From the NCBI GenBank assembly GCA_963809895.1, contig CAWELD010000003.1:2144001-2208000 (forward strand): a DNA stretch of 64,000 bases, read 5' to 3'. The DNA is from an uncultured Gemmatimonadales bacterium (GTDB lineage Bacteria; Gemmatimonadota; Gemmatimonadetes; Longimicrobiales; Gaopeijiaceae). This document shows positions 9,238-19,563 of this stretch, piece by piece. A program made the position numbers and the translations under genes. Positions within the stretch are counted from its first letter, which is position 1; each line of letters opens with the position of its first letter. Below the pieces are notes generated by a model. The model did no database searches, was not told where the DNA came from, and worked only from the letters and a program-made list of their open reading frames with translations.

Positions 9238-10920
9238 TCAGTGACGGCCGCTGCCGACGCGGAAGTCCACCAACCGGAAGGCGCGGGGCTCCACCGAAAA
9301 GGTGACCGGCTGCGACGACACGCCCTCCACGTGTGCCGCGACGGAATGCTCGACGCCGGCGGGCACCCCGCAGAAGCGGTACCGTCCCCGCGCGTCGGTG
9401 GTGGCGCGCGCGGGTGCCTCCCTACCACCGATATTGATCAGGAGCTCCACTTCGACGCCGTCCAGCGGCTCGCCCTGGGCGTCGAACACACGACCGGACA
9501 GCGTGCCGGTGCGCGAGGTGGGCCTCACGCCCGAGCACACCCGGCGCCACACGTCCACCCGCGGTGGCGAGAAGACGCGTAGGGAGTCGGACTCGAGGGG
9601 GACCCGGGCGTCCTCCGCCGCCGGGTAGGCGCCCAGGGTGTCCAGCAACGCGTGCGTGAAGGTCACCAGATAGGCACCGGGGTAGAGCCCCTCGAAGGCG
9701 AAGGAGCCGTCGGCGGCGCTGGTGGTCACGCGCGGCGTGCCGGACAGATGCACCACCGCCCCTGCCAGGGGCTCCCCCGAATCGCCGTCGACGACCCGCC
9801 CCTCCAGGCGCCCACCGCCGGGACGGGTCAGCGGCTCACCCGCATCGGAGTAGGCCTGGATGACCTCGCCTCCCTCCTCGCGGATCCCCGTCACCTCGGC
9901 GTGGTGGAAGAGCCCGAAGATGCGGCTGCGACGTTCCATGAGCGGCATAGAGATGAGCCAGCGTCGCACCACCCACGCCCCGTTGGGGAGAAGCTCGAAA
10001 TCCGCGCGTCCCCGAGCGACCTCCTCGGCCTCTTCCGGGTCGAGGTTCACGTAGTGGTACTCCAGCGAGCGCAGTTCTCCCGACGCCGCGTGGAGCCAGA
10101 GCGTCCCCGTCACGTCTGGAAGCGACGCCCCGGACACGGGCTGGAACGCCAGCCCCACCCAGGGCCCGTCCGGCCCCTGGCGGCCCACCACCCCGAAGCA
10201 GTGGCCGTCGAGGAACACATCGGACAGCGCCACCTCGGGGTCCGGCATGTAGTAGACGAAGCCGTCTCCCTCGGGCTGGACGAAACCGACCCGGGACAGG
10301 GAATCGGCGGGCAGACTGCGGAAGGGCCTGTCGAGATCGCCCTGGCGCAGGCGCTCCTCGTACACGCTGGTGCGCTCAGGGTCGAGCCAGCGCTCGTAGC
10401 GGGCGGCTTCCAGGCGAAGGAGGCCCTCCCGGTGGATGAGCGCCGTGACCTCCAGCGCCTTGCGCGCCTGAACCCAGAGGCGGGCGGTCTCTTCGCCGCG
10501 CCTGGGATCCACCTGACAGCGTCCCTCACCGGTGGCCACGAGAGGATCCAGCGCCACGGCCTCCACGCGCAGGTCCACGTCCAGCGGACCACGGGCCGCC
10601 GCCCGCGCACCCATGGGCTCCGACACCCAGGTGGCGTAGCCGATGCGAATCACCCGAAGGCGGACCTGTTCGCCGATGGGCAGTCGAATGGCGTAGCGTC
10701 CATCGACACGGGAGAGCACGGCGGTGACGCGCGAGGAGTCAGCCCGTATCAACTCCACCAGGGCGCCCTGGACCGGCGTGCCGGCACCCTCCTCGACCAC
10801 CCGCCCGCTGAGGATCTGGGCCGGGAGCGGCGCCGCCCACAGACAGCACAGGATCACCGACGCGGCGACTCGCCACGCCCCGCCCTTCCCTGGCACCGCG
10901 ACCCGGACGTACGTGCCCAT
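9238..10920 (-). CDS. Secreted protein with several carboxypeptidase-regulatory-like beta-sandwich domains
   Basis: Three (L)xGRV..G.P..GA.V.L repeats and a signal peptide; start uncertain. Confidence 0.75.
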   Translation of the reverse strand: MGTYVRVAVPGKGGAWRVAASVILCCLWAAPLPAQILSGRVVEEGAGTPVQGALVELIRADSSRVTAVLSRVDGRYAIRLPIGEQVRLRVIRIGYATWVSEPMGARAAARGPLDVDLRVEAVALDPLVATGEGRCQVDPRRGEETARLWVQARKALEVTALIHREGLLRLEAARYERWLDPERTSVYEERLRQGDLDRPFRSLPADSLSRVGFVQPEGDGFVYYMPDPEVALSDVFLDGHCFGVVGRQGPDGPWVGLAFQPVSGASLPDVTGTLWLHAASGELRSLEYHYVNLDPEEAEEVARGRADFELLPNGAWVVRRWLISMPLMERRSRIFGLFHHAEVTGIREEGGEVIQAYSDAGEPLTRPGGGRLEGRVVDGDSGEPLAGAVVHLSGTPRVTTSAADGSFAFEGLYPGAYLVTFTHALLDTLGAYPAAEDARVPLESDSLRVFSPPRVDVWRRVCSGVRPTSRTGTLSGRVFDAQGEPLDGVEVELLINIGGREAPARATTDARGRYRFCGVPAGVEHSVAAHVEGVSSQPVTFSVEPRAFRLVDFRVGSGRH

Positions 10921-10974
10921 ACCGCAGAATAGGGTGCAGGAGGTGTGCGGCCAAGGCCGCCGGCCGAACTCCGA

Positions 10975-12552
10975 TCAGCCCCCGGCCGGCTCCCGGGTGA
11001 CGGGATACTCTCCGCCGTCCAGCCACCGGTCCAGGAGGGCCCAATCCACCAGACCGTCGTCGGCCCGCGGCTCCAGGAGGTAGAAGGCCAGCCGGCCCAG
11101 GGGCTGCGAGGCGTCCACCACCGTGGTGCCCGCCGGGAGGGTGCGTTCCTCCGACACCCACTCGCCGAACAGCTCCCGCTCGTTGTGTCCCTGGAAGGCG
11201 CGCTCCGAAACGGCGGTGGAATCGATGCGGAACACCTGAAGCGTCAGGGTCCGGGGGGATTCCAGGCGGGTGGTGGCGATGCCATGGGCCTCGAGCCGAT
11301 CCAGCGCGGGCGTCAGCTCTTCAGGCACGAAGTAGCGCGCGGGCACGGTCTCGCTGTCCGTGGCGGCGAAGGTCCCGTACTCCCGCATGGGCGTGGGCGT
11401 CTCCACGTCCAACCGGTTCAGGATCACCTCGCCGGACCACGGGTTCTTCAGGCGCTCCACCTCGCCCATGAGGATGGTGCTCATGGTGTCGGCGGCCTCG
11501 AAGGTGGCGCGGGTCGGCAGCACCTGCCCCACGACGGAGCGGTCGGCGGCGGTCTCGACCTGGCGGATGCGGTCTGCATCGTCGCGGGCCCAGTCCAGGA
11601 TCTCCTCGACGAACCGGTAGGTGACGCGCACCCGCTCCTCGAAGGTCAGGTAGGCGTAGGCCTCGCTGAGGATCGCCACCCGGTTGCGCAGCCCGATGTA
11701 GTTGTTGTTGAAGCGGGGGCGGTGGTCGAAGGTGTACCAGCCCATCTCGCCGTTCGGCGTGGGTCGCGCATTACCGTAGTAGTAGAAGTTCCAGCCGTCC
11801 TTGTCGTGGATGCGCCGGGTCATGCGCGGCAGGGCCTCGTCACGCAGCAGGCCCACCAACGCCGCGTCGGTGCCGGGATGGAGCGGCGGCGAGTAGGTGA
11901 TCTGGTACGCGTGGTACGAGCCGTTGGTGGTGTGCAGGTCCACGGATACCTGGGGATCGTAGGCCGTCATCATGGCCGCCAGCGACCTGGCCTCGGGCGA
12001 GTCCAGCTTCATGTGGTCGCGGTTGAGATCCAATCCCTGGGCGTTGGGACGCTGCCCCATGCCCGCCAGGGGCCCGTTCTGCCGCGGGCGATTGGTCAGC
12101 AGCACCCGCTCACCACCGTCGGCGTTGTAGAGGGGCGTGACCAGCAGCACCAGGTCGTCGGTCCAGTCGGTGGCCGTCCCGTTGGCCATGGCCCGCATGA
12201 GCATGAGGAGGGCTTCCTTGCCCGGGACTTCGCCCGAGTGGATGCCACCCTGCAGGTAGACCCGGAGCTTTCCCGTGGCTCGCACCGCCTCGGGTGATGC
12301 GTCCGGAGCGCCCACCACCAAGAGAGGAATGGCCCGACCCTCCATGGTGTATCCCATGGTCGTGAGGTGCATGCGGGAATCCGCGGCCGCCACGCGCTCC
12401 AGGAAGGCCATCACATCGTCGTAACGGCTGGTTTCGATGAAGTCGGTGGCCTCGGCCCGCGTGGGCAGCGTGTTGGCGTCGAGGCGGGTCTGTGCCGCCA
12501 CGGGCGCAGCGATTGCGAGGGCGAGAGACAGGGCGGTCAGGCGCGAGACCAT
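10975..12552 (-). CDS. M14 family zinc carboxypeptidase, secreted
   Basis: HSGE, NADG, DLNRD, DLHT motifs; signal peptide from MVSRLTAL. Confidence 0.88.
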   Translation of the reverse strand: MVSRLTALSLALAIAAPVAAQTRLDANTLPTRAEATDFIETSRYDDVMAFLERVAAADSRMHLTTMGYTMEGRAIPLLVVGAPDASPEAVRATGKLRVYLQGGIHSGEVPGKEALLMLMRAMANGTATDWTDDLVLLVTPLYNADGGERVLLTNRPRQNGPLAGMGQRPNAQGLDLNRDHMKLDSPEARSLAAMMTAYDPQVSVDLHTTNGSYHAYQITYSPPLHPGTDAALVGLLRDEALPRMTRRIHDKDGWNFYYYGNARPTPNGEMGWYTFDHRPRFNNNYIGLRNRVAILSEAYAYLTFEERVRVTYRFVEEILDWARDDADRIRQVETAADRSVVGQVLPTRATFEAADTMSTILMGEVERLKNPWSGEVILNRLDVETPTPMREYGTFAATDSETVPARYFVPEELTPALDRLEAHGIATTRLESPRTLTLQVFRIDSTAVSERAFQGHNERELFGEWVSEERTLPAGTTVVDASQPLGRLAFYLLEPRADDGLVDWALLDRWLDGGEYPVTREPAGG

Positions 12553-12647
12553 GAAGCGCTCCGGCAGGTGTTTGCGGTCGGGTCGCCGCATGATACGGAC
12601 CCGCCCGGCCCGGGGCCAGGCGGGATGCGCCCGGTAGCCCACACGCA

Positions 12648-12682
12648 CGACGGCCCGGGCGGTCGAGCCGCCCGGGCCGTCG
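12648..12682. terminator. Hairpin after the ABC ATPase gene
   Basis: 15-bp perfect stem CGACGGCCCGGGCGG / CCGCCCGGGCCGTCG, 5-nt loop. Confidence 0.6.
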
Positions 12683-12725
12683 GAGCCCGTCGCCCGCGGA
12701 GAGACCCCGCGGGACGTGGGGAGTC

Positions 12726-13460
12726 TCAGCTGGTCATGTCGAAGCCGGCCTCTTCGAGCTCGTGCGAGCGCTTGGCGTCGTCCTCGCTCACCACCTGGCC
12801 GTCGAACAGGTGCACCTGGCGCTCCGCCACGTGCGCGTAGCGCGGATCGTGCGTCACCATGCAGATGGTCGCGCCCTCGTCGTGCAGCTCCCGCAGCAGA
12901 TCCATCACCGCGTTACCGTTCTTCGAGTCCAGGTTACCCGTCGGCTCGTCGGCCAGCAGGATCAGCGGCTTGCCCACGATGGCCCGCGCCACCGCCACCC
13001 GCTGCTGCTGACCACCCGACAGCTGGCTCGGGTAGTGCCCCATCCGGTGCGCCATCCCCACCCGCTCCAGCGCCGCCTGCACCCGCTCCTTCCGCTCCGA
13101 GCCCGGCATGCCCCGATACGTCAGCGGCAGCTCCACGTTCTCGTACACCGTCAGGTCACCGATCAGGTTGAACGCCTGGAAGATGAACCCGATGGCCTGG
13201 TTGCGGATCTTGGCCCGCTGGCCCGCGCTCAGATTCTCCACCGGCTCCCCGTCGAGCAGGTACTTGCCACCCGTCGGGCTGTCCAGGAGCCCCAGAATCG
13301 ACAGCATGGTCGTCTTGCCGCACCCCGACGGGCCCGCGATGGACACGAACTCCCCGCTGGCGACGTCCAGGTTGATCCCCGACAGCGCGTGCGTCTCCAC
13401 CTCTTCCGTGTAGAAGACCTTCGACAGGTCGCGCAGATGGATCAGGGGCTTCTCACTCAT
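12726..13460 (-). CDS. ABC transporter ATP-binding protein (MacB/LolD type)
   Basis: GPSGCGKT, LSGGQQQR, ADEPTGNLD, VTHD. Confidence 0.95.
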   Translation of the reverse strand: MSEKPLIHLRDLSKVFYTEEVETHALSGINLDVASGEFVSIAGPSGCGKTTMLSILGLLDSPTGGKYLLDGEPVENLSAGQRAKIRNQAIGFIFQAFNLIGDLTVYENVELPLTYRGMPGSERKERVQAALERVGMAHRMGHYPSQLSGGQQQRVAVARAIVGKPLILLADEPTGNLDSKNGNAVMDLLRELHDEGATICMVTHDPRYAHVAERQVHLFDGQVVSEDDAKRSHELEEAGFDMTS

Positions 13461-13502
13461 GGGGCTCTCCGTCCCGGGGTTCCAGTCGTCCGCAACACCT
13501 CG

Positions 13503-14432
13503 TCAATGATTGAGACGAAGTTCGCGGTCGAAAAGTTGCAGGTGGCCCTGCTCGCCGTCCAGAGCGTCGTTCCCGGGCCGGTCCATCGAGATGGGGTCGC
13601 GGGTGATGAGAATGCTCCCGCTGAAGGTCTCCAATTCCACGGTGGCGCCGCCGTTGCCCACCTGGAAGCGGGTCCGCTGGCCCCGGGGAAAGCGGGCCGG
13701 CGCACCGGGCACCGTGGCCCGCACGCTGCCGCGGATCGTGGCCACCGACACCTCGGCACCGGCACCCTCGGGGATGCGCATGGCCAGAGGGCCCCCGTGG
13801 GTCCCGAAGAGATAGCTCCCTCCGGGCTGCACCGTGCCGTCGTAGAGGATTCGACCCCCCACGGTACCGGCCTCCACCTTTCGGGAGCGCACGCCGTCGA
13901 AGACGACGTCCCCCCCAACGGACTCGGCGGCGATGTCGCCGCTCACGTTGATGATGCGTACCGTTCCGGCCACGGCCTCCACGTGCACCGAGGCTTCGGA
14001 GTCCTGGATGCGGATCTCGCCGTTGGTGGAGCTGGCCGAGACCATGCCCCGCCCGCCGACGATGAGCACGTCGCCCTGATTGGTCTCCGCCGACACCTCG
14101 CCCTGGGAGCCGCGCACCTCGATGCGCGTCCACATCCCTTCCAGATCCAGGTCCATGGACGCGGGCACGGTGATGACGTAGTCGACGATGGTCGCGGGCC
14201 CCATGCGGGCCTCGGCCTCCACGTCCAGGCGTTCTCCGTGACGATCGATGCTCACGTAGGTCCGCGACGAATGGTCCGCCTGGATGCGGATTTCGCTCCG
14301 GTCCCACGTGGACACGACGATGGAGCCTCCGGGCGCCTCGACGCTCAGCCTCGTCGCCCCCTGCACGGGGACGATGGTGTCGGTCTGGACAGCGAGGCTC
14401 AGGGCGACGGCTGCGCTGAGAAGGATGGACAT
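13503..14432 (-). CDS. DUF4097-like beta-repeat (adhesin-like) secreted protein
   Basis: Signal peptide; repeated G.V.AE(T/S)..G.I units; GGAG RBS. Confidence 0.8.
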   Translation of the reverse strand: MSILLSAAVALSLAVQTDTIVPVQGATRLSVEAPGGSIVVSTWDRSEIRIQADHSSRTYVSIDRHGERLDVEAEARMGPATIVDYVITVPASMDLDLEGMWTRIEVRGSQGEVSAETNQGDVLIVGGRGMVSASSTNGEIRIQDSEASVHVEAVAGTVRIINVSGDIAAESVGGDVVFDGVRSRKVEAGTVGGRILYDGTVQPGGSYLFGTHGGPLAMRIPEGAGAEVSVATIRGSVRATVPGAPARFPRGQRTRFQVGNGGATVELETFSGSILITRDPISMDRPGNDALDGEQGHLQLFDRELRLNH

Positions 14433-14474
14433 TGAATCTCCTTGAACGTCAGGGTCCGAGCCGGCCCGACGGGG

Positions 14475-15218
14475 TCATGTGCGAGGAACGAGCTGGGCCG
14501 TAGCCCGGCTCAGAACACGGTACTTGGTGCGTTGCTGGGTCAGGAGCATGTCCTGGAGAAGCGTGCTGCCGGGATCGGAAGCCAGGGCCGCACGCGCATC
14601 GGCGATGGCCGCATCGATGGTGGCCAGGCTCTCCTCCAACGTCTGAACCGTCACCGGATCCAGGCGCCCGCGGCCGCGTGCCAGGAAGGCTTCCAGATCG
14701 GCGATGGCCTCGTCGTACGCGCCGGTCGCCGCCTGGCGCCCCCGAAGCGGCGCGGCGTCCGGAGCTGTCAGCACGGCCGCGGCCGGGCCTGGAGTCACCG
14801 GGCGGACGGCCTGCCAGGTGAGCGCCCCCGACACGAAGGCCAGTACGAGTCCCGCCGCCAGCGCCAGAGGCAGCGGCATCGACACCCTCCGCCGCCACAG
14901 GACCGCACCCTTCGCGGGCGCTCCCACGTCGCGGTCGTCACCGGGCAGGACCGCGGCCTGTCGTACCGGGGTCACCGGGAGCGCGACCACGTCGGGCCCG
15001 TCGGCGATTCGCTGGCGGATGCCGGGCCACAGGTCGTGACCCGGGCGGCCGACCCGTGGCAGCGCATCGAGTCCCGTGCGTACCTCGGCCAGTCTGGCGA
15101 GCCGCTCACGGCAGGGAGCGCAGGCCACGACATGGGCCTCCACGGTCGTCCGCTCGTCGCCGGAGAGCTCGTCGTCCAGGTAGTCGTGAAACGTCACGGT
15201 CTTCGGGTGTCGCATCAT
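14475..15218 (-). CDS. Zinc-finger anti-sigma factor (zf-HC2), membrane-anchored
   Basis: YLDDEL..HVVACAPC (HxxxCxxC), one TM helix; ATG overlaps the sigma stop. Confidence 0.85.
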   Translation of the reverse strand: MMRHPKTVTFHDYLDDELSGDERTTVEAHVVACAPCRERLARLAEVRTGLDALPRVGRPGHDLWPGIRQRIADGPDVVALPVTPVRQAAVLPGDDRDVGAPAKGAVLWRRRVSMPLPLALAAGLVLAFVSGALTWQAVRPVTPGPAAAVLTAPDAAPLRGRQAATGAYDEAIADLEAFLARGRGRLDPVTVQTLEESLATIDAAIADARAALASDPGSTLLQDMLLTQQRTKYRVLSRATAQLVPRT

Positions 15219-15784
15219 CGGTCCAACGCCTCCTGCACCAGGCTCCGGGCCCGGTGGATCTGTGCCTTCACCGTCCCCAGCGCCACGCCGGTGAGATCCG
15301 CGATCTCGCGGTAGCGATACCCCTGCACGTCGCGCAGCACGAGCATGGTGCGCGCCCCCTGCGGCAATCCCGCAATGGCGCGCTCCAGGTCGACGCGCGT
15401 GCCCGGCATGGCCCGGACCGCTTCGTGTCCGTATCGCTCGAGGTCCGGTGCCGTGTGCTCGCGGTTGCGGCGGCGGCCGGCGCTGCGGCGGGCCTGGAGC
15501 ACGACGTTCACGGCGAGCCGGTGAAGCCAGGTGGAGAAGCGGCTGTCCCCGCGGAACTGGGCCAGATTCTGCCACGCCTTGACGAAGACATCCTGCGTGC
15601 GCTCCTCGGCCTCGCGCGGATCCGAGGTCATGCGCAGGCAGAGGGCGTAGATGCGGTCCACGTGCGCACGATACACCTCCTCGTAGGCGCGGTCGTCTCC
15701 CGCCCGGGCCCGCTCGAGAGCGGCGTCCACGGGGTCCACGGGTGACGCGTTCATGGCTGGGGAAGGCTCTGCAAGGGCTCCCAT
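15215..15784 (-). CDS. ECF RNA polymerase sigma factor
   Basis: AEERTQDVF, FSTWLHRLAVN, YREIA..GTVKAQIHRAR. Confidence 0.93.
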   Translation of the reverse strand: MGALAEPSPAMNASPVDPVDAALERARAGDDRAYEEVYRAHVDRIYALCLRMTSDPREAEERTQDVFVKAWQNLAQFRGDSRFSTWLHRLAVNVVLQARRSAGRRRNREHTAPDLERYGHEAVRAMPGTRVDLERAIAGLPQGARTMLVLRDVQGYRYREIADLTGVALGTVKAQIHRARSLVQEALDR

Positions 15785-15877
15785 CGGCTCACTCTGAGGG
15801 CGTCCGGACTTCGACCCCTTGGATGCCGGGAGCCCACAGGAGGTTTGAACCGAGCCGGGGCCGGCGGCGAGCCGTGC

Positions 15878-16321
15878 CTATGGCCGGTCTTCGCGGCGAT
15901 GAACGAAGCGCAGCCCCGACCAGTCCTCGTCGACGGCGCAGACCTTGTTGTCCACCAGGCCCGCGGCCAGTCCGTGGCTGCGAACCACGCCTCCGTCGAG
16001 ATCCTTCCAGAGAGACGACGACTTCTTGGGCCAGCAGATCCAGAGACCTCCGGTCCAGGCGAGCAGCCTCTGTGCGTGGTCGAAGTGCGGGGCCAGACAG
16101 GCGGTCTCGGGCACCGCGCACAGCACGACGTCGAAGGCGTCGTCCGTGCCCCGGAGCGGAGACCCGGGCTCCGCCGGATCCGCCACCACGGTGACGCCGG
16201 TGGGCAAAGGCGCGACGAGCTCGGCGAGGGAGCCCGGATCGAAGAGCACGGCGAGGCGGTGTCCCTCGCGGATCCCCAGCTTCTTCGGTAAGGGAGTTCC
16301 CGAATACCCGTGTGTCGTCAT
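15878..16321 (-). CDS. DUF3052-like protein
   Basis: GYSGTPLPKKLGI, LWICWPKK, GLVDNKVCAVD..WSGLRF. Confidence 0.8.
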   Translation of the reverse strand: MTTHGYSGTPLPKKLGIREGHRLAVLFDPGSLAELVAPLPTGVTVVADPAEPGSPLRGTDDAFDVVLCAVPETACLAPHFDHAQRLLAWTGGLWICWPKKSSSLWKDLDGGVVRSHGLAAGLVDNKVCAVDEDWSGLRFVHRREDRP

Positions 16322-16404
16322 CCCGTACCTCGCGTGTGAGCGTCCCCTGTGGGCTGCTAGCTTATCGTCTCCCTTCCCGCATCGTCACCTCCAGCCGGAC
16401 TCCC

Positions 16405-17155
16405 ATGGACTGGATCGCCCGACCCGACGCCTGGATCGCCCTGGCCACGCTCACCGTGCTCGAGCTGGTGCTGGGGATCGACAACATCGTCTTCATCTCC
16501 ATCCTCTCGGAGAAGGCCCGCACGGATCGGCGTGCCGTGGCGCGCAACGTGGGACTGGCCATGGCCATGCTCACGCGGGTAGCGCTGCTGTTCTCCATCG
16601 CCTGGGTGATGGGCCTCACGCGGACGATCCTGGAGGTGGGCGGGCGTGAGCTCTCGTGGCGCGACCTGATCCTCATCTTCGGCGGCGTCTTCCTGCTGAC
16701 CAAGTCGACCCGTGAGATCCACGGCAGGCTCGAGGGCGAGGTGCACGGAGACCAGGTGGGAGCCGGTGCGGGCCTGGCGGGGGTGATCCTCCAGATCGCG
16801 CTTCTGGACATGATCTTCTCGCTGGACTCGGTAATCACCGCCGTAGGCATGGCCGACGACCTGGGCGTCATGGTGACCGCGGTAGTGGTGGCCACCGGAT
16901 TCATGATGCTGGCGGCGGGACCGGTGAGCCGCTTCGTCATCGGACCATCCCACGGTGAGGATGCTGGCACTCAGCTTTCTCTTGCTCATCGGAATGACGC
17001 TGGTCGCCGAGGGTCTCGGGCAACACATCAGCAAGGGCTACATCTACTTCGCCATGGCTTTCTCGGTCTTCGTGGAGATGCTCAATCTGAGAGCGCATCG
17101 GGTGAGCGGACGGCCGGTCCGCCTGCGCGGCCCCACACTGGTCGAGGAGGAGTAG
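16405..17155 (+). CDS. TerC family membrane protein (one frameshift near 16940)
   Basis: [24 protein letters not shown]-terminal [23 protein letters not shown] continues in another frame. Confidence 0.88.
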
Positions 17156-17177
17156 CACCGCCCCCCATGACACGAAA

Positions 17178-17207
17178 CGGGCGCCGCCCCCGGAGGAGCG
17201 GCGCCCG
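17178..17207. terminator. Hairpin between convergent genes
   Basis: CGGGCGCCGC / GCGGCGCCCG 10-bp stem. Confidence 0.55.
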
Positions 17208-17230
17208 CGGCGTCCGATACGGGTCAGGGA

Positions 17231-17821
17231 TCACATGGCGCCGGTGACGCCAGCCTCCCCGTCGGCGGACACGTTGAAGTGCAGCCACATCCCGCTCACG
17301 GCGTGCCCCGGAATGAAGCAGACCATGGCGTACTGACCGGCAGTCGCAGCGGTGAAGGTCACCGTCTCGTCCTCACCGGGCAGCGTGGCATCGGTCATCG
17401 ACGTGGGATCCGCCGTGATGGCACCATCGAAGACCGGGGTCGGCTCGATGCTGGCGGGCGGCGTGCTGAACCCGTTCACGATCCCCAGCGAGTGCGCCAT
17501 GTTGGGATCGTTGTTGTGGAAATGGATCGTCACGTTGGCGCCCACCGGCACGGTGATGGTGACCTCGCCGTGCTGGTAGCCGTTGAAGTTCCAGTAGTTG
17601 CCCTTGTTGGTCTTCCCGGCGACGATCTCCAGCGTCACGTTCTGGCCGTCGGCCTGGAACCAGTCGGGCTGGGTCATCTCGCCGGACATGGCCTCCTGCT
17701 CGGCCGGCTGTTCGGCGGCGGCGGACTCTTCCATGGCGGGGGCGTTGTCTGCGGACTCGGAACCGCCGCATGCGGCGAGTCCCAGCAGCAGAGCCATGCC
17801 CAGAGGGGCGATGCGCTTCAT
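17231..17821 (-). CDS. Sulfocyanin/cupredoxin-like blue copper lipoprotein
   Basis: Lipobox LAAC; WNFNG, His in AHSL, C-x4-H-x4-M (CFIPGHAVSGM) type-1 copper ligands. Confidence 0.85.
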   Translation of the reverse strand: MKRIAPLGMALLLGLAACGGSESADNAPAMEESAAAEQPAEQEAMSGEMTQPDWFQADGQNVTLEIVAGKTNKGNYWNFNGYQHGEVTITVPVGANVTIHFHNNDPNMAHSLGIVNGFSTPPASIEPTPVFDGAITADPTSMTDATLPGEDETVTFTAATAGQYAMVCFIPGHAVSGMWLHFNVSADGEAGVTGAM

Positions 17822-17978
17822 AATGGTATCCTGTTCGGTGGCGTTGCGGTCTCGACAGGTTGGAAAGCCGTCTGATTTCGACGGAATCCTTACCCGGGCC
17901 TCTCCCGGATGTGCCGTAGCCTGGAAAATCTAAAGGCGGTCGAGGGCGAGGTACAGGCGCCCCCCCGCAGGGGAGCCG

Positions 17979-19157
17979 TCAGGACGAGTAGTACGCCGCG
18001 TTCTCGTCGATGTAGCCTTGTGAGAGATCGCAGCCCCACAGGCGTGCTGCGCCGCTCCCCAGACCCAGGTCCACACTGAGCTCCACCGGGTCATCGAGCA
18101 GGATCTGCCGGACCTCGGCTTCGTCGAAGGCGCGCCGCAAGCCGTCTCCGAATACTTCCACGCCACCGATGCGCGCCACCAGCCGGTCCACGTCCACCGT
18201 GCAGGTCACGCACTTGCCCACGGCCATGAGAATCCGGCCCACGTTGGGATCACCCCCGTGCACCATGGTCTTGATGAGCGGGGAGTTCACCAGCGATCGA
18301 CCGATGAGCCGCGCCTGTTCTCCGTCCACCGCGCCGGCCACACGGACGCGGAGCAGACGCGTGGCGCCCTCGCCGTCCCGCGCCAGCACCTCGGTCATGG
18401 CAGTGCACAGCTCCAGCAGCGCCGACTCGAACCGGGCGGCATCGACGGCACCCGCCGTCCCGCTGGCCAGGATGGCGCAGGTGTCGGACGTGCTCGTGTC
18501 CGAGTCCACCGACAGGCAGTTGAAGGTCTGGTCCACGACGCGGCGGAGCATCTCGTCCAACGCCCGGGCATCCAGCGCCGCGTCGGTGAAGACGTAGGCC
18601 AGCATGGTGGCCATGTCCGGAGCGATCATCCCCGAGCCCTTGGCCACGATGGTCAGCACGACGTCGCCGTCGTCGCCCCGCACGGTCGTGGAGAGGGCCT
18701 TGGGATGGGTGTCGGTGGTCATGATCCCCCGAGCCCCCACCAGCGGATCGTCCTGGAGCCGCGCCGACAATCCCCCGAGCCCCGCCTCGATGCGCTCGAT
18801 GGGAAGGGGCACCCCGATGACACCCGTGGAGCTCATGAGCACCAGCTCCGGGTCCACGCCGAGCTCCTGCGCCGCGGCCCTGCCCATCTGACGCGCCCGT
18901 TCCACGCCTTCCCGACCGGTGCCCACGTTGCTCACCCGGGAGTTCACGACCACCGCCTGCAGGCGGCCGGCGGCCAGGAGCTCTCGTCCCACCACGATGG
19001 GGGCGCCCGGGACCTGGTTTCGGGTGAAGACCGCTGCCGCCTGACACGGCGTGTCGGAGGCGAAAAGGGCGAGATCGTCACCGGTGGCTTTGATGCCACA
19101 ATGCGTGGCGGCACACCGGAAGCCGGGAGGAAAGCGGGGCGTCTCGTGGAGGGGCAT
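17979..19157 (-). CDS. argJ: Ornithine acetyltransferase / N-acetylglutamate synthase
   Basis: STGVIG, IMTTDT, KGSGMIAPDMATML, DTSTSD, DGEGAT, GCDLS.GY..ENA.Y. Confidence 0.93.
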   Translation of the reverse strand: MPLHETPRFPPGFRCAATHCGIKATGDDLALFASDTPCQAAAVFTRNQVPGAPIVVGRELLAAGRLQAVVVNSRVSNVGTGREGVERARQMGRAAAQELGVDPELVLMSSTGVIGVPLPIERIEAGLGGLSARLQDDPLVGARGIMTTDTHPKALSTTVRGDDGDVVLTIVAKGSGMIAPDMATMLAYVFTDAALDARALDEMLRRVVDQTFNCLSVDSDTSTSDTCAILASGTAGAVDAARFESALLELCTAMTEVLARDGEGATRLLRVRVAGAVDGEQARLIGRSLVNSPLIKTMVHGGDPNVGRILMAVGKCVTCTVDVDRLVARIGGVEVFGDGLRRAFDEAEVRQILLDDPVELSVDLGLGSGAARLWGCDLSQGYIDENAAYYSS

Positions 19158-19234
19158 GGCGCCCAAATATGGATCGAGCCCTGCCGGACGCAATCGGCAG
19201 GGCTCGTCTCATCCACACGAAGCGGGTGACGCGG

Positions 19235-19405
19235 CTACTCGGACGAACTCCCGAGCGCGGCCGAATCGAGGTGGCCCGTGCCCGAATCCAGGGGAAGCGC
19301 TTCACGCGCCATGCGGCGAAGCGTGGAGGCGACCCTGCGGTCACCCTCTCCCTCGGCCCGGGTCGCGGCCCGGAGCAAGAACCGGATCCTGTCTTCCATG
19401 GTCAT
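19235..19405 (-). CDS. Small hypothetical protein (56 aa)
   Basis: Strong RBS GAGGAGGAG before MTMEDRIRFLLRAA; helical composition. Confidence 0.6.
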   Translation of the reverse strand: MTMEDRIRFLLRAATRAEGEGDRRVASTLRRMAREALPLDSGTGHLDSAALGSSSE

Positions 19406-19563
19406 GGCTCCTCCTCGTCGTCCCAACCGGCGGAAGTCCCGCCGCCGATCACCCGTTCATGATTATCTACTGCCGGAACGCCCAAACTGTTTCACCACAA
19501 CGTTCGACAGGACTCCCGGGCGATCGAAGGGCGGGATCGGCCATCCGGTGCGGCGACGCTTCC

